Positions 1 through 9,800 of a stretch of 64,000 nt of DNA are shown piece after piece; the first letter of the stretch is position 1; every line of letters starts with the position of its first letter. Under the pieces are notes generated by a model that worked only from the letters and a program-made list of their open reading frames with translations, had not been told where the DNA came from and made no database searches. The translations under genes were made by a program, and so were the position numbers. The DNA is from Sphingomonadales bacterium (GTDB lineage: Bacteria; Pseudomonadota; Alphaproteobacteria; Sphingomonadales; G965227345). The stretch lies in NCBI GenBank assembly GCA_965227345.1, contig OZ245755.1, positions 1,141,351-1,205,350 of the forward strand, in the 5' to 3' direction.

Positions 1-227
1 GCAAATTCTCATGGATTATTTCAGAATCCGCCCTGTTTGAGCATAACTTTCAGGTTTTCACAGGTACAGACAGCACAACATTTGATACAACGGCGTCGAT
101 CAAGATGAAAATCAATGGCAGTCTCTCGGGCCGCCTGTCTTACAATGTGCGTTACAATTCCGATGTGCCCGTTGCCACCAGGAAAACCGACACAGTGACA
201 CGCGCCGGGCTGGTGTATGACTTCTAA
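1..227 (+). CDS. 3' end of an outer-membrane beta-barrel protein (DUF481/YdiY-like), cut by the window edge
   Basis: The frame is open from the window edge (codons from nt 3) to TAA at 225-227. The translation ends ...RKTDTVTRAGLVYDF, with the terminal aromatic residue typical of OM beta-barrels. It is absent from the ORF track because no start codon lies in the window. Confidence 0.4.
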   Translation, partial: KFSWIISESALFEHNFQVFTGTDSTTFDTTASIKMKINGSLSGRLSYNVRYNSDVPVATRKTDTVTRAGLVYDF

Positions 228-276
228 TCAGGTTAAGCTCTCTTCAGAATAGAGGGTTGACCACAGGAGAGACCAG

Positions 277-534
277 ATGCCGCAACTGTCTGTGATGAAA
301 ATTATTAAATTCATCCTGGTCTGTTTTCTCGTCGGTTTTATCCTGACAATGCTGGGCATCAGTCCGACCGATTTCTGGCAAAGCACTGTCAATCTGGTGA
401 AAAGCGCTTTCGAGAACGCTTCCTCATTGCTCCAGTGGGGCCTGATATACATTCTGGTCGGCGCGGCGGTTGTTGTGCCGATCTATATTATTATTCTGAT
501 CCAGCGGTATTTCAGCCGGAAGTCTACGAAATAA
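277..534 (+). CDS. small hypothetical membrane protein (85 aa)
   Basis: ATG-initiated ORF with two hydrophobic helices (FILVCFLVGFILTMLGI and LIYILVGAAVVVPIYIIILI). No family recognised. Confidence 0.45.
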   Translation: MPQLSVMKIIKFILVCFLVGFILTMLGISPTDFWQSTVNLVKSAFENASSLLQWGLIYILVGAAVVVPIYIIILIQRYFSRKSTK

Positions 535-576
535 AATCTGCTCTTGCTGAACCAATCACATTAATGAGTTCTGACC

Positions 577-771
577 CTAGACGTTGTCGCGCCTGATCGC
601 GTCTATTTTCTTGTCTGTATTATACTGGCTCAGGGAATAAACCGCCCATATGGCCGCGGGCACCCAACCGATTAGCGTGATCTGCAAAATCAGGCAGATA
701 ATACCGGCAATGGGCCTGCCAATGGTAAAAAACAGGACAAACGGCAGCAGCAACGCGATAAGCAATCTCAT
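577..771 (-). CDS. YqaE/Pmp3-like small membrane protein (64 aa)
   Basis: Track ORF 577-825 trimmed to the internal ATG at 771, which has a GAAGGG SD-like sequence upstream. It has two TM helices, and LILQITLIGWVPAAIWAVY resembles the UPF0057/Pmp3 signature. Confidence 0.45.
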   Translation of the reverse strand: MRLLIALLLPFVLFFTIGRPIAGIICLILQITLIGWVPAAIWAVYSLSQYNTDKKIDAIRRDNV

Positions 772-840
772 GGCACAACACCCTTCATGTTTAATTTTCA
801 CCAAGGCTAATATGTTTTTCCGCAAACGGCTATCGGAAAT

Positions 841-1260
841 TTAGTCGCCGGACATATGTAGCGCAATCAGGCGGCGCTGGCGGGCCACCCTGTGTTCAAA
901 GACATAAATACCCTGCCAGGTGCCCAGTACCATGGCCCCGCCCGCCACCGGAACTGACAGGTGGGTCTGGGTCAGCGACGCCCTTATATGCGCTGGCATG
1001 TCGTCCGGCCCTTCTGCCGTGTGACGATATAACCTGTTATCCTCAGGCACCAGCTTTCGGTAAAACGCCTGCAAATCATGCAAGACATCCGGATCTGCAT
1101 TCTCCTGAATGGTCAGGGAAGCGGAGGTATGGCGGATAAAAAGCGTCACCAGTCCATCGGAAATTTTCTGTCCCGCTATCCATTTCCGCACATCCCCGGT
1201 TATCTCGTAAAGCCCCGGCCCTAAGGTCGTACATATAACTTCACCAATGCGCTGGCTCAT
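841..1260 (-). CDS. yjbQ: YjbQ/UPF0047 family protein (secondary thiamine-phosphate synthase-like)
   Basis: 139 aa. Family motifs present: LVTLFIRHTSASLTIQENADPDV, DDMPAHIRASL and GTWQGIYVFEHR. It starts 5 nt after the stop of the upstream hydratase gene. Confidence 0.85.
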   Translation of the reverse strand: MSQRIGEVICTTLGPGLYEITGDVRKWIAGQKISDGLVTLFIRHTSASLTIQENADPDVLHDLQAFYRKLVPEDNRLYRHTAEGPDDMPAHIRASLTQTHLSVPVAGGAMVLGTWQGIYVFEHRVARQRRLIALHMSGD

Positions 1261-1265
1261 CCCGC

Positions 1266-2084
1266 TTAATCCAGCATATCATCAAATTCGACAGTTGACC
1301 TCGTCAGGGCCGCCTTTGCCCCTTTCATCAGGTCCTGCTGGCTCATCTGGCCAGCGTTCCACGTCGCGTTATAATCAAGCCCGTCTTCCACCTGACGGCG
1401 CAAGGCCTGGCTCAAAACCTGTTTGCTGCCGCTGACAGCCAATGGCGATTTTGACGCTATTTCTGCGGCCACAGACATGACCTTCTCCAGCATGGCGGCC
1501 TGGCTTTCAGAGACGCTGTTGACAAACCCGGCCTGCCGGGCTTCAGCAACGGCCAGCTTGCGGCCGGTGTATGCCAGTTCCCGCATCAAGCCTTGTGGAA
1601 TTTGCAACGGCATCCGCTGAAGTGTTCCCACGTCTGCGACCATGCCGATATTTACTTCCTGAATACGAAAAAAGGCATCTTCTGTGCAATATCGCATGTC
1701 GCAGGCAGACACCAGATCAACACCTGCTCCCAGACACCCCCCCTGTATCGCCGCCAATACAGGCACACGGCAATCGGCTATGGCTGAAAAGCTGCGCTGC
1801 AGCAATATGATCTGACGCCGCAATTTATCGGCCAGCCGGGCTGTGTCATCCGTCCCCGAAGGTACGAGTTTCGCCAGATAATCCAGATCGATACCGGAGG
1901 TGAAATATCGTCCTGTTGAAGAGATGACAGCGACCCTGACTGCGGGATTGTTATTGAAGCCCTCAAATATCTCGCGACATTCACGCCACGCCGCTTCTCC
2001 AAGCGCATTCATTCTGTCGGGCTGGTTCAGTTGAACATGAGCCACCCCGTCGCTCACCGTAACATCGAAAGCTTCAAACGACAT
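1266..2084 (-). CDS. enoyl-CoA hydratase/isomerase (crotonase family)
   Basis: Crotonase motifs VAVISSTGRYFTSGIDL and AAIQGGCLGAGVDLVSACDMRY. Start moved from 2114 to ATG 2084, which has a GGAGA SD 6 nt upstream. Confidence 0.85.
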   Translation of the reverse strand: MSFEAFDVTVSDGVAHVQLNQPDRMNALGEAAWRECREIFEGFNNNPAVRVAVISSTGRYFTSGIDLDYLAKLVPSGTDDTARLADKLRRQIILLQRSFSAIADCRVPVLAAIQGGCLGAGVDLVSACDMRYCTEDAFFRIQEVNIGMVADVGTLQRMPLQIPQGLMRELAYTGRKLAVAEARQAGFVNSVSESQAAMLEKVMSVAAEIASKSPLAVSGSKQVLSQALRRQVEDGLDYNATWNAGQMSQQDLMKGAKAALTRSTVEFDDMLD

Positions 2085-2161
2085 ATCATTCTCCTGACAG
2101 GTATATACTGCCAAGGGTATGTCGCCCTGCCGCCCGAGACAAGCTCTTAAAACAGGTAATG

Positions 2162-3283
2162 CTAGATGAACCTTGCGGGTGACATCGCCTCTTCATCGAT
2201 ATTGAAACGGGCAAAATCATCCGGCAGCTTGCCTTGGCCGATCAGCGACGCCGTGGCGCGTGCAAGTGCGGGCGAAATACAAATACCATACCCCCCCTGT
2301 CCGGCCAGCCAGAAAAACCCCGGTGCCTTGGGATCGAACCCCAACACCGGCGACTTGTCCGCAACAAAAGAGCGCAAACCTGCCCATTTATGATCAATAC
2401 GCCGCACATTCACATCTGCAGCCGTCATCACCTTGTCAACGGCAATGGCCACATCCAGTTCTTCCGGCTGCACGTCACACGGCTCGACCGGTGTCTCATC
2501 TGCAGGAGAGACCAGAATTTTGCCCGCATCCGGTTTAAAGTAAAACTCTTCATCAATATCAATCACGGCAGGCCATTTTTCCATATCAACGCCAGCCGGC
2601 GGATCAATCAAGGCGGCTGTCCGGCGTTTGGCCACCAGCCCAATATCCACAGCGCCCGCCATTTTGCCAAGCTCTCCTGCCCAGGCACCGCCCGCATTGA
2701 CAATTGTCTTTGCCGTATAGTCACCCTTGCTGGTCTTAACGGTCCAAAGGTCCCCGTCGTGCACCAGACCCGTTATCCCGGCTTCTGTGAGTAATGTCCC
2801 GCCGCGCGCCTTAAACCCGCGCAAGAAGCCCTCCTGTATGCCATGAACATCCATATCCATCGCATCTTCTTCCCATACGGCACCAGCGGCATAGCCCTCG
2901 CGGAGTATCGGCACTTTTGCCCGGGCAAATGCGCCGTCTTTCATCACAACATTGTCTGCCAGCTTGCGCGTGGACTCATATTGTGCCTGCAGCGACTCTT
3001 GCTGGTCTTCACGTCCAATAAACATGACGCCACGCGGGGTCAGCAATTCATGATCGCTAAACCCATCGGGCGGAGAGGTAAAGAAACTGCGCCCGGCTGA
3101 AGACAGACCCCGGATGGTCTCGTTACCATAGGTTTCGGTATACAAGGCTGCCGAACGTCCCGTGGCATGATAGCCGGGATGCGCTTCCCGCTCCAAAAGC
3201 AACACCTTATGCTCCACGGCCAATTCATAGGCCGCAGAACTTCCGGCCATCCCCGCCCCAATCACAATAATATCCGCATCCAT
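2162..3283 (-). CDS. FAD-dependent oxidoreductase (DAO family)
   Basis: N-terminal dinucleotide fold DIIVIGAGMAGSSAAYEL...LLLERE and a length typical of the DAO family. Start moved from GTG 3301 to ATG 3283, which has a GAGGAGA SD 9 nt upstream. Confidence 0.8.
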   Translation of the reverse strand: MDADIIVIGAGMAGSSAAYELAVEHKVLLLEREAHPGYHATGRSAALYTETYGNETIRGLSSAGRSFFTSPPDGFSDHELLTPRGVMFIGREDQQESLQAQYESTRKLADNVVMKDGAFARAKVPILREGYAAGAVWEEDAMDMDVHGIQEGFLRGFKARGGTLLTEAGITGLVHDGDLWTVKTSKGDYTAKTIVNAGGAWAGELGKMAGAVDIGLVAKRRTAALIDPPAGVDMEKWPAVIDIDEEFYFKPDAGKILVSPADETPVEPCDVQPEELDVAIAVDKVMTAADVNVRRIDHKWAGLRSFVADKSPVLGFDPKAPGFFWLAGQGGYGICISPALARATASLIGQGKLPDDFARFNIDEEAMSPARFI

Positions 3284-3310
3284 GCTGGAATGTCTCCTCA
3301 CAACCTTGTT

Positions 3311-4450
3311 TTAACCCTGGTTCATCAGCCCGCGGGTGATGATCAACTTCTGGATATCCGACGTACCCTCATAAATCTGGCACACCCGAACATCACGATA
3401 AATTTTTTCTACCGGATAATCAGACAGATAGCCATAGCCGCCCAGTGTCTGAATGGCCGCAGAACAAACTTCCTCGGCAACTTCCGATGCGACCAGTTTG
3501 GCCATACAGGCCTGCATCAGACATTCTTCGCCAGCGTCACGCATGGCAGCCGCATTCAGCACCATCAATCGCGCACCTTCCAGCCTGGCCGCCATGTCAG
3601 CCAGACGGAAACCCACGGCCTGATGTTCAATAATTGCCTTGCCAAAGCTGGTACGCTCCTTGGCGTAGGCAACGGCATAATCCAGTGCGGCACGTGCCAT
3701 ACCGACACTTTGCGCTGCAATGCCAATACGCCCGGTCTCCAGATTGGAAAGGGCCACCTTGTAGCCCTCGCCTTCCGCACCCAACAGACAATCAGCCGGG
3801 ATTTCCATATCTTCAAACGCGATCGCACAGGTATCAGACGCCTTCTGGCCCAGCTTTTTCTCAACACCGGTTACCTTGTATCCCGGTGTATCCGTTGGCA
3901 CGACAAAAGCCGAAATGCCTTTTTTTCCGGCCGCCGGGTCTGTAATGGCAAAAATCAGCGCCACCCCGCCAATTTTACCCGATGTAATAAACTGCTTGGC
4001 ACCATTCAGCACATACCCGCTACTGGTGCGCACCGCTTTCGCCTTCAGCATCCCCGCATCGGACCCTGCCTGTGGCTCGGTCAGACAGAAAGCACCAATC
4101 ATCTCGCCGCGGGCAAGCGGCTTCAGAAAGCGCTCTTTCTGATCATCATTTCCGGCTTTCAGCAAGGCAGCACAAACCGGTGCATTATTCACACTCATCA
4201 CGGTTGAAACCGCCCCGTCTCCTCCGGCAATCTCCATGAGGGCCAGCGCATAGGACACATAATCTACTGCCGCACCGCCCCATTTCTCCGGCACCGTCAT
4301 ACCCATCAGGCCAAGCGCGCCCATCTCGTGCAACACGTCCATGGGAATAGCTTCGTCCTTTTCCCACCGGGCCGCATTGGGGGCAAGTTTATCAGCCGCA
4401 AATGACTGTGCCATATCGCGGATCATCCGTTGTTCTTCAGACAGGATCAT
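3311..4450 (-). CDS. acyl-CoA dehydrogenase (short/branched-chain type, 379 aa)
   Basis: ACAD motifs FCLTEPQAGSDA, QTLGGYGY and IYEGTSDIQ. The size matches butyryl-, isobutyryl- or 2-methylbutyryl-CoA dehydrogenases. Confidence 0.9.
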   Translation of the reverse strand: MILSEEQRMIRDMAQSFAADKLAPNAARWEKDEAIPMDVLHEMGALGLMGMTVPEKWGGAAVDYVSYALALMEIAGGDGAVSTVMSVNNAPVCAALLKAGNDDQKERFLKPLARGEMIGAFCLTEPQAGSDAGMLKAKAVRTSSGYVLNGAKQFITSGKIGGVALIFAITDPAAGKKGISAFVVPTDTPGYKVTGVEKKLGQKASDTCAIAFEDMEIPADCLLGAEGEGYKVALSNLETGRIGIAAQSVGMARAALDYAVAYAKERTSFGKAIIEHQAVGFRLADMAARLEGARLMVLNAAAMRDAGEECLMQACMAKLVASEVAEEVCSAAIQTLGGYGYLSDYPVEKIYRDVRVCQIYEGTSDIQKLIITRGLMNQG

Positions 4451-4458
4451 GATGCTTC

Positions 4459-5646
4459 CTATTCCACAAGTTCCAGCGCCATGGCCGTTGCCTCACCGCC
4501 GCCAATGCAAAGGCTGGCAACACCGCGCTTCAGGTCATATTGCCGCATGGCAGCCAGAAGCGTTACGATAACACGGGCACCCGACGCCCCGATTGGATGG
4601 CCAAGTGCACAGGCACCGCCGTGCACATTTACCTTGTCATGGGGAATATCCAGATCACGCATGGCCGCCATGGTCACAACCGCAAAGGCCTCGTTGATTT
4701 CGAACAAATCCACATCAGCCAGGGACCAGCCCGTCCGGTCCATCAGCTTCGTGATGGCTCCGATGGGGGCTGTGGAAAACCAGGCCGGTTCCTGCGCATG
4801 TGTCGCATGTCCGTGTATAACTGCAATCGGTGCAAGACCGCGTTTTTCTGCCTCTGACCGCCGCATCATGACAAGAGCGGCCGCACCGTCCGAGATCGAG
4901 CTTGAATTGGCCGCCGTAACTGTGCCGTCCTTGGCAAAAGCAGGCTTAAGCTGCGGAATTTTTTCGGGTCGCGCCTTCCCCGGCTGTTCATCAATCTCGA
5001 CCAGCTTGTCGCCACCCCGGCCCGATATTGTCACCGGCGTAATTTCCGATTTGAACAACCCGTCATTGATCGCCTTGTTGGCGCGGCTCAGGGAGGTTAT
5101 GGCAAACTCGTCCTGCGCTTCCCGGGTAAACTGGTAATGTTGCGCTGTCTGCTCGGCAAAGGTGCCCATCAGGCGGCCCGGTTCATAAGCATCCTCAAGG
5201 CCGTCAAGGAACATGTGATCCTTCACTTCACTGTGGCCCAGCCGGGCACCGGCACGCATTTTGGGCAGAAGATAAGGGGCATTCGTCATGCTTTCCATGC
5301 CACCGGCAATCATCATCCGGTTAATACCAGCAGCCAGCGAGTCGTGCGCCAGCATGGCAGCCTTCATCCCGGACCCGCACATTTTATTGATGGTCGTACA
5401 CCCCGCAGCGTCAGGAATACCTGCCCCGCGAGATGCCTGACGGGCCGGGGCCTGCCCCTGACCCGCCGGCAATACACAGCCCATCAGCACTTCTTCAATA
5501 TCCGATTTTGTAACACCGGCCCGGGAGACGGCCGCCTCAATGGCTGCCGAACCCAGCCGGGCAGCCGGGATACTGGCAAAATCCCCCTGAAACCCGCCCA
5601 TGGGGGTGCGTGCCATACCAACAATCACAATCGGATCTTCAAGCAT
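4459..5646 (-). CDS. acetyl-CoA C-acetyltransferase (thiolase II)
   Basis: Thiolase motifs: active-site Cys context INKMCGSGMKA, NVHGGACALGHPIGASGAR, and C-terminal CIGGGEATAMALE. Confidence 0.9.
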   Translation of the reverse strand: MLEDPIVIVGMARTPMGGFQGDFASIPAARLGSAAIEAAVSRAGVTKSDIEEVLMGCVLPAGQGQAPARQASRGAGIPDAAGCTTINKMCGSGMKAAMLAHDSLAAGINRMMIAGGMESMTNAPYLLPKMRAGARLGHSEVKDHMFLDGLEDAYEPGRLMGTFAEQTAQHYQFTREAQDEFAITSLSRANKAINDGLFKSEITPVTISGRGGDKLVEIDEQPGKARPEKIPQLKPAFAKDGTVTAANSSSISDGAAALVMMRRSEAEKRGLAPIAVIHGHATHAQEPAWFSTAPIGAITKLMDRTGWSLADVDLFEINEAFAVVTMAAMRDLDIPHDKVNVHGGACALGHPIGASGARVIVTLLAAMRQYDLKRGVASLCIGGGEATAMALELVE

Positions 5647-5661
5647 ATGTACAATCTCCTG

Positions 5662-6759
5662 TTAAATGGCCTTGCGGGCAGGTTCCTCCAGCGGGTTCTT
5701 TGATCGGAGACCCGGTCTACCCTTCTCAATTTCCTCGCGCGCCATACTATCCGCAACAAGATTTGTTGCCAGCCCTTTTTTCTGTGCCACCTGAAAAATA
5801 TCCGCAACGGTATCTGCAATACGCTCGATCCGGGCATTAATCCTCGTGACATCATAGTCCCCGGTCACTTCACCCGCCACATTGATGATCCCCCCTGCAT
5901 TAATCACATAGTCAGGAGCAAACAGAATATTACGGGCCAGCAATTCGCGGCCATGTCCCGGGGTTGCCAACTGATTATTGGCCCCGCCGGCAATGACGGA
6001 CGCTTTCAGTTCAGGAATCGTATTGTCATTGATCACACCGCCCAGCGCACAGGGCGCGAACACGTCCACATCCATGCCATGGATCTGATCAACCGGCACT
6101 ACTTCCGCACCAAAGTCACGTACGGCGCGGGCCAGATTATCCGGTGAAATATCGGCAACAAAAAGCGTCGCCCCCGCCTGGTGTAACTCACTGCACAGGT
6201 GATAACCCACATTTCCAACACCCTGCACAGCCACGCGCAAGCCGACGAGGTCGGCCCGGCCAAGCCGGTGTTTCACGGCAGCTTTCAGACCGACGAAAAC
6301 GCCGTGCGCCGTGAAGGGCGATGGATCTCCGCTTGCACTATCCCCTAGTGACAAGCCCGCGACATGGGACGTTTCCTGTGCCACAATTTCCATATCCGCC
6401 ACAGAAACACCAACATCCTCAGCCGTAACATAATTGCCATTCAGTCCTTCTATAAACCTGCCGAAAGCACGCAGAAGTTCGGGCGTTTTGTCCCGTTTCG
6501 GGTCGGCGATGATCACCGACTTGCCGCCCCCCAGCGGAAGCCCCGCCATGGCGTTCTTGTAGCTCATTCCCCGGGACAGGCGCAGCACATCGTGCAAGGC
6601 TTCGTCATCGGAAAAATAGGGCCACATGCGGCACCCGCCGGCAGCAGGCCCAAGATTGGTGTTATGGATCGCGATGATAGCGCGCAAACCGGATTGTGAA
6701 TCATTGCAAAAGACGACCTGTTCATGATCGTCGAATGAAGCGGCATCGAATACCGTCAT
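5662..6759 (-). CDS. leucine (branched-chain amino acid) dehydrogenase, Glu/Leu/Phe/Val dehydrogenase family
   Basis: Catalytic-Lys motif GLPLGGGKSVI and the NAD fold VAVQGVGNVGYHL. At 365 aa it matches LeuDH/ValDH rather than GDH. Confidence 0.85.
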   Translation of the reverse strand: MTVFDAASFDDHEQVVFCNDSQSGLRAIIAIHNTNLGPAAGGCRMWPYFSDDEALHDVLRLSRGMSYKNAMAGLPLGGGKSVIIADPKRDKTPELLRAFGRFIEGLNGNYVTAEDVGVSVADMEIVAQETSHVAGLSLGDSASGDPSPFTAHGVFVGLKAAVKHRLGRADLVGLRVAVQGVGNVGYHLCSELHQAGATLFVADISPDNLARAVRDFGAEVVPVDQIHGMDVDVFAPCALGGVINDNTIPELKASVIAGGANNQLATPGHGRELLARNILFAPDYVINAGGIINVAGEVTGDYDVTRINARIERIADTVADIFQVAQKKGLATNLVADSMAREEIEKGRPGLRSKNPLEEPARKAI

Positions 6760-6800
6760 TTTAATACCTCACTGGAAAAATGAAAATCGTTCTCTCTGCC

Positions 6801-9800
6801 TTACGCGGCGCGAAGAGCCGGGTCGCCATTCTGAAAACGCTTTAAAAGTTCTGCCTTGCGGGCAGCCATTTTTCTGGCATTTTCTTCCTTGATGGGCCCA
6901 TACCCTCGCAATTCGTCAGGCAATGCAGCAATTTCACAGGCGAGGCTATGGTTGGCTGGGGTCAACCCTGCCAACAGGCCCTCCATCATTTGCTCATAAT
7001 CCGCAATCTGCTGACGTTCCATACGACGTTCAGCGGAATAACCGAAGATATCAAACGGCGTGCCACGCAATTTTTTAAATTTTTGCAAGACTTTCATTGC
7101 CGTCAGCATCCAGGGTCCAAATTCGCGTTTCATCGGCCGCCCGGTCCGCGGGTCCGGTTTGGACATGATCGGCGGGGCGAGGTTCAATGACACCTTATAA
7201 TCCCCTTCAAACTGGGCTTCCAGCTTTTTTCTGAAATCATCTGAAGCAAACAGCCGGGCCACTTCATATTCGTCCTTGTATGCCAGTAATTTGAAATACC
7301 AACGCGAGGCCGCCTCTGTCAGGTCCGTCTTGCCCGGCACTTTTTCCGCCTCAACTGATTTCACCTGATTGACAAGCTCAAGATATTTCCCGGCATATGC
7401 CGCATCCTGATACCCGGTCAGGAATTTAACTCGCTTGTCGATCACATCATCCAGGGTTTGAGAGATTTCTTCTGTCTCAAATGCCGTCAAAACAGGTTTA
7501 ACAGCCTCGGCCACCTTGTCCGGGGCATAAACGGCGAGACGCCCATAGGCAAATGTTTTCAGATTGGCCTTCACGGCCACGCCGTTCAATTCAATGGCCC
7601 GCTCAATCGCATCTGCACTGACCGGGATCAAGCCCTTCTGGAACGCAACGCCCAGCATAAATACGTTGGTCGCGATTGAATCGCCCAGTAACGCCGTCGC
7701 AAGTTCACTGCCTTCGAAATAATGAATGGCGTCCGCTCCAAGGTTTTGCTTCAGGACCTGACGCAACCCTGCATCCTTAAAATCAATATTCTTGTCGCGC
7801 ACAAAGTCCGCCACCGGTGTCATGTGACTGTTCACCACAGCGACGGTCCGGTCAGCGTTCAACAGATTGACGACCTCTTTGCTGGCCGCTACGACCAGAT
7901 CACAGGCAAGAAGCGCATCGGCACTTCCCGTGACAATACGCGGCGTGCGAAGTTCGGCAATATCAGGGCCAATACGAATATGGCTCAAGACAGCCCCGCC
8001 CTTTTGGGCAAGCCCGGCCATATCCATAACTGTCGCGGCCTTGTTCTCAAGATGAGCGGCCATGCCAATCAGGGCCCCAATGGTCAGCACACCCGTCCCG
8101 CCAATGCCGGTTACAATGATGTTAAAAGGTTGTTTTAATTCAGGAAGCACGGGCAATGGAATATTTTCAATTTCGGCTTCCAGTCCGCCACTCGCCTTTG
8201 ATTTCCGGGGCGTGGCACCATAAACAGTAACAAACGACGGACAGAATCCCTTGATACAGGAATAGTCCTTGTTACACGTAGACTGGTTGATCACCCGCTT
8301 GCGACCAAACTCGGTCTCCAGCGGCTCAACCGAGACACAGTTGGACTGGACCGAACAATCGCCGCAGCCTTCACAAACGGCGTCGTTGATAAAAATCCGC
8401 TTGTCCGGATCGGGGAATTTGCCCCGTTTGCGACGACGGCGTTTTTCCGCTGCACAGGTCTGATCGAATATCAACGCGGTGCACCCTGGTGTGTCACGCA
8501 GTTCCAGCTGCACCCGGTCCAGCTCGTCCCGATCCAGAATGGGGATGCCCTCGGGGATGCCTTCGCGGGTCGGATACCTGCCCATATCCTCGGTGAGGAT
8601 CACAATCTTTTTGACCCCTTCGGCTTCAAGCTGCCGGGCGAGCATTGGCACCGTTAATGTGCCATCGACATGCTGTCCACCAGTCATTGCCACAGCATCG
8701 TTATACAGCAGTTTATAGGTCACATTGACACCAGCCGAGACCGAAGCCCGGATAGCCAGAATGCCCGAATGAAAGTAGGTGCCATCCCCCAGATTGACAT
8801 ACATATGCTGCCGCTCGGTAAAAGGCGCCATCCCAATCCACGGGGTGCCTTCGCCCCCCATCTGGGTAAATGTCTCCGTATCACGGTCCATCCACATCGA
8901 CATAATATGGCACCCTATACCGGCCATCGCCTTGCTGCCTTCCGGCACCTTTGTCGATGTATTATGCGGACATCCCGAACAGAAATAAGGCTTACGCACC
9001 GAAGGCGGCATAAAGCCCGCGATTTTCTCCTCACGCTCCGTATAAAACGCCAGTCGTTCCTTGATGCGGTCGTTCTTGTAGAAACGTGCAATACGGGTCG
9101 CGATCACATGCGCGATCTGTCCCACCGACAGGTCATTTTCCGGCGGCAACAACCATTTCCCGGTCTCGTCATGCTTACCTACGACGAGCGGGCGAACATC
9201 AGCACGCCAGTTAAAAAGCTGCTGCTTGAACTGGTTCTCGATCAGTTCCCGTTTTTCCTCAACAACCAGAACCTCTTCCAGCCCTTCGGCAAAATGGCGC
9301 GCTCCTTCAGGTTCCAGCGGCCATGGCATGGCCACCTTATAGAGGCGCATGCCAATTTCTGCCGCTATTTCCCTGGTAATGCCCAATTCGCGCAGCGCCT
9401 GCCGCACATCCTCGTATGACTTGCCCGACGTAATAATGCCAAAGCGTGGCTCGGGGCTGTCATAAATGATCCGGTCCAGCTTGTTCTTGCGACAAAAAGC
9501 CAGGGCGGCAAAAAGCTTGTACCGCTGCAACCGCCAGTCCAGCTCGTGCCATTCATCATTCAGGCGAATATGTACACCGCCCGGGGGCATTTCAAACTCT
9601 TCATCCGTCGGGATCAAAATCTGCCGCTTCTCACCTTCCAGAGAAACCGTCGCAGAAGCCTCAACCGTCTCGGCAATCACCTTGAAAGCAGTCCAGCACC
9701 CTGAATAACGCGACATGGCAATGCCCATCAGGCCATATTCGACGAATTCGTGGATACTTGCCGGATACAACATCGGCATCATGGTTGAATAAAAACTGTG

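Noticed and set aside
3167-4207. Long ORFs antisense to well-supported genes. Examples: 3167-4207 (+), 4430-5137 (+), 8670-9419 (+), 13265-13981 (-), 20401-21135 (+), 22949-23872 (+), 34157-35059 (-).
   Set aside because: In each case the opposite strand encodes an enzyme with clear family motifs. The antisense translations are Arg/His/Gln/Pro-rich and low in complexity, have no recognisable domains or SD sequences, and are typical shadow ORFs of GC-rich coding DNA.
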